A DNA stretch of 64,000 nucleotides, from the NCBI GenBank assembly GCA_051294905.1, contig CM119379.1:20584001-20648000 (forward strand). The letters run 5' to 3'. The notes below the pieces were generated by a model. The model worked only from the letters and a program-made list of their open reading frames with translations, had not been told where the DNA came from and did no database searches. Shown here one piece after another: positions 44,001-52,037 of this stretch (position 1 is its first letter; every line of letters starts with the position of its first letter). A program made the position numbers and the translations under genes. Source of the stretch: Botryllus schlosseri. Lineage: Eukaryota.

Positions 44001-47000
44001 CGCCTAAAACTGATGTAAATTTACCTATACTACTTTTCACAATACAAGGTATAGCCCAAAAAGCGAGTGGGTATGCCTAGGAAACTGTTCAAGCAGAATT
44101 GGAAATAGTATGAAAACACAACCACTAGAGTAAGTAATGTACGTACGCAACACCTAAAGTACTCTAAAAAGGGAGTACTTCATTACTGACCATGTCTGTA
44201 CATAATCTCTAAATACAACTTCTAAATTCGTGCTGCGAGCATGGTTTCGAGTCGATAATATGAAGCATATTCATTTGAAATTCGGACGTTAATGTGAGAT
44301 GCCACTAATTTCAAATATATTCGCAGGATAACGGAACTCACATTCAGTATTACCATATCATGCACGGCTACAAACCTGTGCGACACGGTAACATCATCCG
44401 CGATCGCCCGATTGAAGTTGAATTCATGTGTGCTTACCCGAGTATGTCCAAGGAGACGTTGGACACGCCAATCCTGCCCTACATAAGGTAACGATTTTGT
44501 AATTTCGGAGACTTGGTGGTTGTTGGTAAGGTCTGATCGATATTTTGGCCGATATCTGTCACTGTAGGACTATAGGAGAATAAGAAAAATTGCTATGTCG
44601 TTCCCCTACTAGAATGACACGGGATGATTTCCCCATGGCAGTACATAGAATATCTACTGATGGCACGATAATTTGATATGGCGCAGTCGATGAACATTGC
44701 TAGTACTAGTGATTTAATGATGACTCTCACAAGTCTGACGTGTATGCTGTTAATAACTACATATATTGCTCTATTCTTTGTTTCGTTTATGATATGGCCC
44801 TTATGATTGTAATCGTTCTTTCATAAGGCAATCGGTTATGTATGCAAAATCAGTATGATTACTTGACTATGTAGTATTTGTCATAATTGATTACAATTAT
44901 ATATTGCTATGTATGATTATGAAATGATTATCTTTGTGATATTTTGCTCACGCTTTGATTTTGAGCAGGGCTCTGGAGTAGGTATAAATGTTAAATTGCT
45001 CCAACTCCAGCTCTGCAGCTCTTTTTATAAACTAACTCCAGCTCCGGAGCACCTTTTCCATTTGAATACCTCAGTAAAAATTATCAACTGGGTCAGTCAG
45101 TAGTCGTAAGCTAATGAATGGTAGAGCAGTAAAGATATTTGCCGCTCGACACTTTTGCCAGTCTACACTCCAAGTCTGCAGTTTTGTGCTCTGCAATCTT
45201 TTGAATGATTGCCATGCACATTGTATCGCTTGGTCTCTAATCTTTTTCCTCATTTCAGTGTGATTACGATTGGCGTCGAATCGCAAGGCTCTTACAATGT
45301 GACGATGAGTTTGTGGACAGACAGCGATTACACCGTTCCGTTGCAGTCGCCGGCGTCAATTCTGGTTTGTAAAATGCTTGCGATTTTTTGCACTTTAGCG
45401 TAACTATAGTGATCGACGCTCAAGAAAGTTCATACTCAAGTAGAAATAGAGGTCCCACCGTACATTTTTATACAAATAAAAATAGCAATTTCCAAGTAAC
45501 TAAAAAAGTAAGTACACTAGGCTATTTTTCCTAAATATTGAAAACTGCTTGAGTGAGTGCGAATCTTAATTTGTCAACCGTATAAATCAATATGATATAT
45601 AACGAAAATGCAGTTGGGTTAAATGAGATATGCATACCGGTATCAAAGGCATAGATGGCAGGCTTCATATAACGGAGTCATCAAAGCCAAGCCATCCAAG
45701 AACAAATAGAGCAAGTGGGAAAAGCGTACTTGAGTACTTTGAAAACGTGATGGCATCCAGGGCTGTCCATTTAGAAAATTTGCTGGACGCAAAAGTGATT
45801 TAGTATCATCGTGGAACATGCAAGCTGTCAGTGTGAAACGAGGTTTTCTACAATGTAAATCGGACTTTGGCAGGACTGTTTGATTTTTATTGTCTTGTCG
45901 CTGATAAGCAAGCTCAGTGTTCTTATTCATTTCGCGGTTAATTGAAAAACGCTGCTATATTATTTTATTTGTTGTGTCACAATAATGACAATATGCCTGT
46001 GCGGCCATATCATCACTGAAATTAATTCGTTCTGCCAGACTCGCGTTTTGCACTGCAGTGATACTGAGCTGGAGTTACGGTATAAAATTATCGGAATCCA
46101 TACTTCACCCTGTTTTAAGTGCTGAGATTATGGTCACGTTTGTCATATACTCTTCATTCTTTTCAATGCCAGGTTCCTGATCCGCTGCATGTGTCTGTGA
46201 AAGCCGTCGGAGCTGACAGCGTCGTGGTCTCCCTTGACAAATGCTCGGCTTATTCGTCGCAGGACACGGACAGTGCGCTCTCCGTAGATTTGATCACAGA
46301 CGGGTAGGCTGTTATTCTCATACTTTCCTTCATGTATATTTTCATACCTTCAAAACACCTAAAGACTGACATAAAATGAAAGGATAGGAAGGAATCGTAA
46401 CGACTTGGGAGACATACACACAGCACACATAATGAAAAGTGTGCCAATCATGATTATTTCACATTGAATCCATTTCCATTGCAGCTGCCCGAACACTCTT
46501 ATCGATGTCGAAGTCACGCAGATTGGTACATCCAACGAGGCGAGGTTCAGGTTCCCATCGTTCGTTCTTTCCACCGAATCGACCGAAGGCGGTTTAGACG
46601 GAGAACTGTACTTGGAGTGTTTCGTTGTGATGTGCACGGAGAACTTGGAACCTTGCACACCGGTAAAGGAATTAATATGCCAACTGTTACTGCCTTTGAT
46701 ATTTGTCGTTTTTGTATTGCTGCTGCTATTTGTATATCAGACGGTGTTAGACTTCTAATGTTTCAGACTACTAAGTAGGTTTCACCTACGTACAAGTAGA
46801 TATAGTATAGTAGTTATACTTTCGGCTAATTTGCTGTATACTTGGCACTTTGTTCAGCAAAATTACTTACTTTTTGCTCTTTGTGTATTGTAAAGCGAGT
46901 AGTTAAAGTTTTGAGATGTTTTCATCAATTTTACGAGTGAGATTATCATGCCGAGAGGGCGAAATAGCCTCCGTATCACGATATCTGGTCATTGTCATAA

Positions 47001-47105
47001 TTGTATCTTTCAGGATTGCGGTGGACTAAGGAAAAGGAGAGGTTTGCCCGGTAATACAATAACCCTAGGACCAATACCGGTTGGAGCAGTAGACCAATCT
47101 CAAGG
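32..47105 (+). CDS. PKHD1L1-like: Giant multi-exon chimeric gene: CAP - linker - 7xIPT/TIG - G8 - beta-helix - G8 - beta-helix - C-terminal region - Cys-rich/EGF - ZP (fibrocystin-L-like); 5' end outside the window, terminal exon unresolved
   Basis: 68 GT-AG exons with matching phases and no stop: 32-167, 1764-1948, 2000-2232, 2952-3038, 3670-3812, 3916-4060, 4292-4418, 4791-4957, 5046-5187, 7032-7188, 8114-8252, 9147-9392, 9843-9977, 11359-11492, 11560-11686, 11795-11992, 12613-12830, 13579-13744, 14514-14725, 15781-16033, 18044-18169, 18236-18387, 18538-18764, 18974-19203, 20630-20781, 21161-21316, 22064-22160, 22358-22562, 23518-23657, 23760-23880, 24361-24490, 25075-25240, 25314-25420, 25754-25892, 26088-26227, 26658-26787, 26855-26977, 27143-27280, 27342-27481, 28117-28243, 28302-28464, 29111-29201, 29261-29414, 30461-30605, 31159-31238, 31297-31491, 31904-32072, 33947-34058, 34372-34502, 34571-34740, 35028-35132, 35894-36043, 37019-37164, 37850-37945, 38092-38241, 38873-38986, 39567-39689, 39797-39913, 39982-40129, 41235-41341, 41728-41845, 42647-42812, 43591-43798, 44327-44487, 45259-45364, 46173-46303, 46485-46662, 47014-47105. 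Fibrocystin-L hallmark motifs include GQAFRLGRYPIHFH, FIEDGIETGN, TPAAFWVTNPDN, KINPSDCVDMECDG and GPQDHGWCAGYTCQ. Confidence 0.9.
2079..2232 (+). CDS. Thr/Ser/Pro/Glu-rich mucin-like linker
   Basis: AEAGGVTSPSTPEPYVTTDAVDAYETTSPSETTATPESTTPPETTPSGETT, ending at a phase-1 donor (g|gtagt). Confidence 0.85.
2952..13744 (+). CDS. PKHD1L1-like: Seven IPT/TIG domains, equivalent to fibrocystin-L TIG8-TIG14
   Basis: Repeated P.I.SISP..G...GG..ITI.G.GF....V.VG...C.V......I.C pattern, e.g. TPIVTSISPQFGTVNDTIQIEGTGFG, PSWDSILPSSGSIEGGNTVSINGTGF and TPVVSSVSPARGGTGGGTLVTIGGSDFS. Confidence 0.92.
5405..5929. repeat. Foldback: ~240-bp inverted arms with ~38-bp spacer
   Basis: 5405-5648 is the near-perfect reverse complement of 5687-5929 (caccaaatttggttcaattcc family). 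The same family occurs at about 1050-1500 and 4560-4740. Confidence 0.9.
6611..6862. mobile_element. hAT-like MITE (TIR tagggcaag); second copy at 38590-38841 in the opposite orientation
   Basis: TSD gtcacgtc / gtcatgtc here and perfect gttattag at the second copy; shared aagttgca subrepeats. Confidence 0.85.
11359..11992 (+). CDS. ~153-aa three-exon insert inside the sixth IPT domain
   Basis: Exons 11359-11492, 11560-11686 and 11795-11992 bridge phase 1 to phase 1 between the two halves of IPT6 (..CEIEQ / DLSQPIADISVPVKVK..). All are open with canonical splice sites. Confidence 0.75.
14514..16033 (+). CDS. PKHD1L1-like: G8 domain 1
   Basis: DVWSSPYTWGGLGVPGEGAFVVIPVGQDIMIDQD...GGRLEVGTEDEPFQHKAIITLHG...GTLDLHG. 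Confidence 0.95.
15236..15279 (-). ncRNA. Second, inverted minimal hammerhead ribozyme
   Basis: Reverse complement reads acgattaccc-CTGATGA-G-tttcagc-C-GAAA-ATAT-TT-gggttca. It is part of the inverted repeat 15212-15398. Confidence 0.65.
15328..15375 (+). ncRNA. Minimal type I hammerhead ribozyme (Penelope-like-element type)
   Basis: tgacgattgccc-CTGACGA-G-tgtcagc-C-GAAA-ATAT-TC-gggttca. Full core, 1-bp stem II, palindromic ATAT in stem III, UC cleavage site and a bulged stem I. Confidence 0.75.
16231..17108. mobile_element. Non-autonomous hAT (Buster/Charlie-type) element
   Basis: TIRs cagggacgggcaac / gttgcccgcccctg; perfect 8-bp TSD gtctaaaa. Confidence 0.9.
17538..17614. mobile_element. 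77-bp hAT mini-MITE inserted in a LINE 3' UTR
   Basis: TIRs cagtggttctcaaact / agtttgagaaccactg; TSD gcctaggc / gcctagac. Confidence 0.85.
18044..25420 (+). CDS. PKHD1L1-like: First parallel beta-helix (PbH1/CEMIP-like) region and inter-G8 linker with RKKR site
   Basis: AEVGLLTRNVVVRG, DQFGAQIMFH, GTHFGYWYRM, RWEHENFIEDVDGSLTG; SRKKRA in exon 25314-25420. Confidence 0.95.
19345..20100 (+). mobile_element. CR1/L2-clade LINE 3' fragment; clearest copy of the most abundant repeat in the window
   Basis: YNIICWRAASKAALKPLQKLQ...LEIAKFMYQFH, then 3' UTR cctaggcca.g.tgg.tgtc.gat.tcaaagactact. Other 3' UTR copies lie at about 1562-1700(-), 5930-6060(-), 8290-8740(-), 14030-14200(+), 15625-15765(-), 17500-17750(+), 46330-46430(-), 51450-51905(-) and 51940-52037(-). 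Confidence 0.88.
23925..24160. repeat. Degenerate minisatellite with cagtagtggt core
   Basis: About five units beginning acagtagtggt or gcagtagtggt, at 40-60 bp spacing. Confidence 0.5.
25754..26977 (+). CDS. PKHD1L1-like: G8 domain 2
   Basis: RWSDAAYWPTGTVPAAGEDVTIPSGDWVVVDV...GGRLILGWEDDLFLG...GAFGGLDLHG. Confidence 0.93.
26400..26615. repeat. Degenerate ~65-bp minisatellite (about 3 units)
   Basis: Recurrent gatttagaaat.tagaatttgatttaaaacagcagtgaatcat..taccttgagcta. Confidence 0.6.
27143..38241 (+). CDS. PKHD1L1-like: Second beta-helix region and conserved fibrocystin C-terminal region, with GRRRKR site
   Basis: AAEVGLLTRNIKI, GQEGYSDRRDPRYA, FMSAHNAAPKKP, EFEWDGDKARGLGDYNIP, ESLDIDSETRRIAPVAL, LSGRRRKRE. 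Confidence 0.95.
32241..32800 (+). mobile_element. L2-clade LINE 3' end (5'-truncated) with (ATT)n tail
   Basis: KLQKIQNIAARLVTRSRKRDHVTPILRSLHWLPVKFRSEYKLLLYVFK...LWNNLP..IR; 3' UTR ends ggcgctctataaattatattattattat. Confidence 0.92.
32801..33680 (-). mobile_element. R4/Dong-like non-LTR retrotransposon 3' fragment (CCHC knuckle plus restriction-like endonuclease)
   Basis: KCRMCHNQNETVAHLMSGC...YTWRHN; ILWDVPVITDREIRSNRPDIIV...IELAVPAD...KESEKHSKYADL...VIGATG. Flanked by (TAA)n on both sides. Confidence 0.88.
38873..41341 (+). CDS. PKHD1L1-like: Acidic/Pro-Thr spacer plus terminal Ig-like module of fibrocystin-L
   Basis: Exons 38873-38986, 39567-39689, 39797-39913, 39982-40129 and 41235-41341. 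The segment ..DGIARFEDLTIDKGGRYVLQFVA.. resembles the last fibrocystin-L module. Confidence 0.8.
40612..40742 (-). mobile_element. tRNA-derived SINE head; related copies at 48600-48840(-) and 57650-57930(+)
   Basis: ggagaTAGTGTAGTGGttacgataagc...ccgGGTTCGATTCCcgtcgg gives Pol III A and B boxes with no acceptor stem. Shared body gctcctcttc..cgc...gc.gttcttacgg. Confidence 0.8.
41728..42780 (+). CDS. TILa/VWC-like Cys-rich module followed by a uromodulin EGF-IV-like repeat
   Basis: ECTDEEGDDFFDKEYIWEQDNCTHLCTYNCD|GSGERCRDMTSCGPHAECLDHECVCGITTF. Confidence 0.75.
42781..47105 (+). CDS. ZP module (ZP-N + ZP-C), consensus furin site RKRR and external hydrophobic patch TITLGPI
   Basis: IECASSYIELTIDKC...RSCSG...NECD...DNGTHIQY...NIIRDRPIEVEFMCAYP...GSYNVTMSLW...LDKCSA...ITDGCPN...EARFRF...LYLECFVVMC...CTPDCGGLRKRRGLPGNTITLGPI. 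The ZP cysteine pattern is complete. Confidence 0.93.
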
Positions 47106-47684
47106 GTGAGAAGTTGATAATCTTGAATGATTGATTTTGCATTGTGTAGCTTGATAAATCGGAGTGGTGAGCTTTGAAGCCACTTAGGCATGTGGCTTGA
47201 TCAATTCCCGCTATCGGAGGTTCACCTGGGTTTATGGCGTCAAAAATGCCCAGAGAAAGAACCCAATGTAGGACGGAAGTAATAAATCGAACGAAAATAG
47301 CAAGATGGAACTGTGTGAAAAATGACAGACGCGAAAAGATCACCATCGGGCAACTGTTACATAGGGCACTAGGCCTAGGGGGTGCCAGCATTTGTACTGC
47401 TTTCAGTATAATAATGAATACAACAAACAAGCTTCGGCTGTTTGCAAATTCAATGCATCGTTAATTTTAACATTTGAAAGTATCACGAGATCGCAACAAT
47501 AATAGTAATAACCCCGAAAAGTATTTGACACTACCTGGGGTTGTATGTAAACAGTGAACCCCTTCCATGTCAACTATTTATTAGAATTTTCAAGGATTTT
47601 TTTTTTTCGAATTATCATCTCAATGTCAAGCATAAATATTTACCTTCATTTAATTTGCTTATATTTTTTAAATATGTTTTCCAG

Positions 47685-47751
47685 GCAACATGCAAGGAAA
47701 AGAGAAGTTGGTGAAGGAGTAGGTTATGTCGAGGCGAAGTGGGGGTTCTAG
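47685..47751 (+). CDS. Candidate terminal exon of the giant gene (no transmembrane helix)
   Basis: Strong acceptor ttttccag|g, phase-compatible with the 47105 donor, reads GQHARKREVGEGVGYVEAKWGF*, followed by AT-rich sequence. An alternative candidate is 47365-47464. Confidence 0.35.
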
Positions 47752-48964
47752 TTGTTGAGCCTGTATCATGTAATATTGTATCCTATATTTTTTAACGGAA
47801 CTTGTGCTTCTCTTTGATAATTTTCAATTTATATCGAGGACTATGTATTTTAATATAATATTTTTACATCTTGATTTCTGTTTGATATCTGCATATTGAT
47901 AATCATCGTGAAGGGCTGACAGAAAGAGACTGCTTTGTAGTGTCCATGTTGATTAGGTGACGTCATACTGGAAAGGATTTGCTACTGCAGGAGATACCTG
48001 TTATCATCCAACCATGAAATGTATATCTCGTAACCGAGAGACATCCTGTCCTAGAGTAATTTGCCTCTAGTATAAAACTCCTGATTCGAGAGAATCAGTA
48101 GACTCATTTGCTAAACCTACTGTTATCAACGTCTGAAATATATTCGTATGTCTTGTGTAATGTTGGCGTCTTAAGAATATCTCCCCAGGAAACAGGATTC
48201 CAGGTTAAGTAGTCAGCCAGCTAAACCTATAATACTTTGGTTAGCTATACTTCTACTCCCAGGAACATTAACTCTGTATCGTTGCGCTACTCACGCTGAC
48301 AGGATTGAAATTCTCGAGCACTGTGTGGCGAGATGACGTTTTTCATGAAATAGATGTGGGATCCAATTCATGACGGCGTCGTGAGCACGCTTCGCTAATC
48401 ATTGTAATCAGTCAACATCATGGTCAATCGGTTCGATACTGTCTGTAAGAGTGAACAATATGTAGACGGACTTTGTCAAATGATGAAATTGTCACTTCGA
48501 GATTCGACGTATCGTTGGAATTTCGACAGTAGATTTGAAGGAACGGTGATGGCAGAACAATGAACAGACACACCACGGCGACTACCTCGATTGTAACTAT
48601 CAATAATCGTCCGTTAATATTTTCATCTGAACAAGACGCACACAACGTACAATGCGATGCAATGGACAGATAAGAGGATGCCGAACGACCAGTTGCGGTC
48701 TCTTAAACTGGCATCCACTTCGGCCTAGTACTCGATGTCACAGTTCCGTAAGAACAGCTAAGCGGGACAAGAGGAGCCCAGAATACCCTTCCGACGACTC
48801 GAGCAGCAGGCGCTTATCGTCACTACTACACTATGTCGTCGTTTTAGAGAACCATAATTAGCTTATGATAGGGAAACTCCGTCTTACGTAATGGTAAGCC
48901 GAAAGATACTATATAGCTTTCATGTAGGCGATGATCACACTTCGATGCATATGCTTATTCATAG

Positions 48965-51190
48965 ATCGATATTCAATTAAATTTATTGCTAATGATTTCA
49001 TCATCGCAAGACTGCAGTGCAATGAAAGATAGGAAGATGTCGAAATGACTTGGAGTAGTCTTTGAAATCAGACACACACCTGGCCTAGGCGATATAAAAA
49101 GGAGCACTGTAGCCTACTACACTGAATCAAAAGTAAAACAAGATAATATAAAAGGACAGGTGATAATGTTCGATGACTGTCCGATAGCCGGCGAGATAAT
49201 GTTCCATAAATCAGGTCTTGCATATTTAATAGAGCGAAGATCTCTTGTCGGACGGACCTAATGTGTGGAACAGTATCCCGCCGGCCATCCGGCAGTCGAC
49301 GAGCATGTCCAGATTGTCCACATTCAAGTCGAAATACAAGTAATTACTACTAAATAAATACAGTCCATCCCCAAGATTACCGGACCACGACTGACCTATT
49401 GACCTCGCTTCCCATGACATGCCGCCCTATTTCTTGTCGCTTCCTTTTTCTATGCTGTCTTCTTTACTTTCATTCAGTGTGCATGCCTCCTCTTTACATC
49501 GCCTAGGCCAAGGTGGGGGTGTCCGATTCCATAGACAACTCCTAGTCGCTTCGACATCTTCCTTTCTTTTCATTGTATCGCATTTTTGTGGTGTATTGAA
49601 CTGATAAAATTACTAATAAACCAATGATGATGATGATGATGACTGCGTCCACCATATGGTATAGTTGGACGACGTGGGCGCGCTTGTGTCGTACTTATGC
49701 ACTTTTGATACCGAGGTGAAGAAGTCATTGAAGTTTTCAGGGAATTGGCAGCAGTGGAACTGAACTGAATATAAACTTGGTAATTTCTAGTTTCCGCTTC
49801 TCTTTAATATTCAGGACACCGAATCTTTTGAGCAGTGATTGTTGGACACACCTCCTGGTCCCTTTGGGCCCTGACTATGACACGGCCGGGAGGACCTGAT
49901 GTTGTAGTTTTTGCAGCGCTTTCAATGCAGTTTTACTGGCAGCCCCCCAACAGATTTTTCCATACTGTAACTTCGATTGGACACAGGACATGTTTGAGTC
50001 TAGTAAAACCCCAAGGTACTTCGCATTTTCCGAGTTGGAAATAGGTTGACCAGCGATATTAACGGTTAGGTTTTCTTCGGAGTTTAAGGCCAATAACTGG
50101 GATTTTCCGGCGTTGACGGAAAGATTATTGCGGGCCGTCCACTCATGCACTTTGTGCTTTCGTTCACTGGTCTGGTCACGGCACCTAACTTCGCCTTAAA
50201 TGATGAGTCAGAGAGGAGGTGAGTATCATCTGCGAACAGTCTGATACTCAATGAGGAGGACTCAAAAACGTTGTTGACATACAAGGTGAACGAGGGCCGA
50301 CCCAAGCACTAAGCCTTGGGGTAGGCTACACCACAGGTAACTAGTTGAGGAGTGAAAAAGATGTTAAAGATTGAGACCATTTGTTGGCGTCCAGTGAGGT
50401 AGCCCTTCCTGAGCTCCAGTTGTCGGAGTTGTGGGCCCTGAGATCTGTAACGCACCAATTCTGAATCGAGAATATTATGATCTACGCAGTCAAATGCTTT
50501 TTTTAGATCAAGGAGCTCAGCTCACATTTGGCGACTCCAGGATATCGTAGTTCTGCTCGGCCACTGTAAGGAGGGCATGTGAGGTTTGGTATTTGTTACG
50601 GAAGCCAAATTGGTGAGGGTGAGAGATATTTATTGATTTGTCCAATCGCAAAGAAAACATCATTGGCACATGAAACAACAGTAAATGAACTTAACGGTAT
50701 AGGACAGGGTGTGACCGATATGACTCTGGGTAGGGTCAATTGGTCTGATCACACCCTGCAATAACAAATACAGATATTGTGTCATAAATATGGGTGCATT
50801 TGGTTGGGATCAATCAATTCAGCTCAGCATAATAATAAAATACTAAAGAAACTACAAATTTGGTGTGAGACAAGCGGATCATTGGTAATGGGAGATGAGG
50901 TGACTGAATACATTAAGGCGAGGTATTAAGATATCACCTCGATGACAGTGAAGTAATAGTGTATTAACACAAATATTTTCGCAATAGTTTGCCTCGTGTG
51001 TCTGATGACTTCTTCATACCCGCTAAAAATGTGCACTCTCATTACACGAGATCCACGTCAAAGGGAAATATCTGCTCAACCCCAGTCCCCACCCGTTAGC
51101 AATCTAAATAAGAGATCTAACGACTGCTCAGGACCTCTGTCATTTGGAATACATTACCACAACATATCCGTGAATCGCCTTGTAATAAAT
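48965..51190 (-). mobile_element. Degraded CR1/L2-clade LINE (RT region to 3' UTR), interrupted by a + strand copy of the same family at ~49238-49640
   Basis: Minus-strand ORF remnants with SIRLFADDTHL, WTARNNLSVNAGKSQ and KYLGVLLD. The inserted copy ends in an (ATG)n tail. Confidence 0.85.
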
Positions 51191-52037
51191 TAAAAAACGA
51201 CCTACCTAATTAACTCATGTCGCCATACTATCACGCCCAGACATTGATTCACTGATTTGGTACCATCTTTCGACTTTCTTTTTCATTTTCCTTTTTCAAC
51301 TAACATTTGTTACCGCCAGACTGTGTAGAGACAAGTGTACCTGCCTGATCGATTCGGGTGTGATCCAGTGTTGGGATCAAGCCACTACCTTTGAGTCATT
51401 GCACATTTTGACTCGAGTCAAGTCATAATTTTGAAGTATGAGTGATGATTCGAAGTCACTGCGATACAATGAAAAGATAGGAAGGTATCGAAACGACTTG
51501 AAGTAGTCTTTGAAATCAGACACCCACCTTGGCCTAGGCGATGTAGAGAAGAGGCAAGCACACTGACTGAAAAGTAAAGCAGAAAATATAAAAGGCAAGC
51601 GACAAAACGTGGTGGAATGTAGCGAAAGGCGAGATCGATACGTTAGGTCGTGGTCCGGTAATCTTGAAGGCTGACTAGCATTCATTTCAGAAGAAACTGC
51701 TTGTATTTCGACTTGAATGCGGACACGCTTGACGACGGCCAGTGAGATGCTGTTCCACAATTGGGTTCCAGCATACTTGATTGAGTATTCCGTCCTGACC
51801 ATATATGGTAGTTGTTCTTCGTTGACGCGCGTACGCCGCAGCTGTGCGCTTTTGACTCCGAGGTGAAGTAGTCGTTGAAATTTGCGGGATGATAATGACC
51901 GCAATGGTACTGATACGTAAACTTAGCAATTTCTAGCTATCAATTCAATTTATTGCTAATAATTTCAGCATTTCAATACACCACAAGACTGCGATACAAT
52001 AAAAGATAGGAAGGTTTCGAAAAGACTTGGTCTAGGC

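Noticed and set aside
47065-47430. Minus-strand 121-aa hydrophobic ORF, possibly a tail-to-tail membrane-protein gene
   Set aside because: No recognisable motif or companion exons, and it overlaps the ZP exon antisense. Left unassigned; blastx and RNA-seq would settle it.
47936-48292. Possible solo LTR (starts tgtagtg, internal tataaaa, ends near cgctactca)
   Set aside because: No convincing TSD, terminal CA, PBS/PPT or second copy in the window.
48424-48645. Minus-strand ORF resembling a GPCR TM6 (LLIVTIEVVAVVCLFIVLPSP)
   Set aside because: It begins inside the SINE tail shared with 57820-57930, has no other helices nearby and no splice support.
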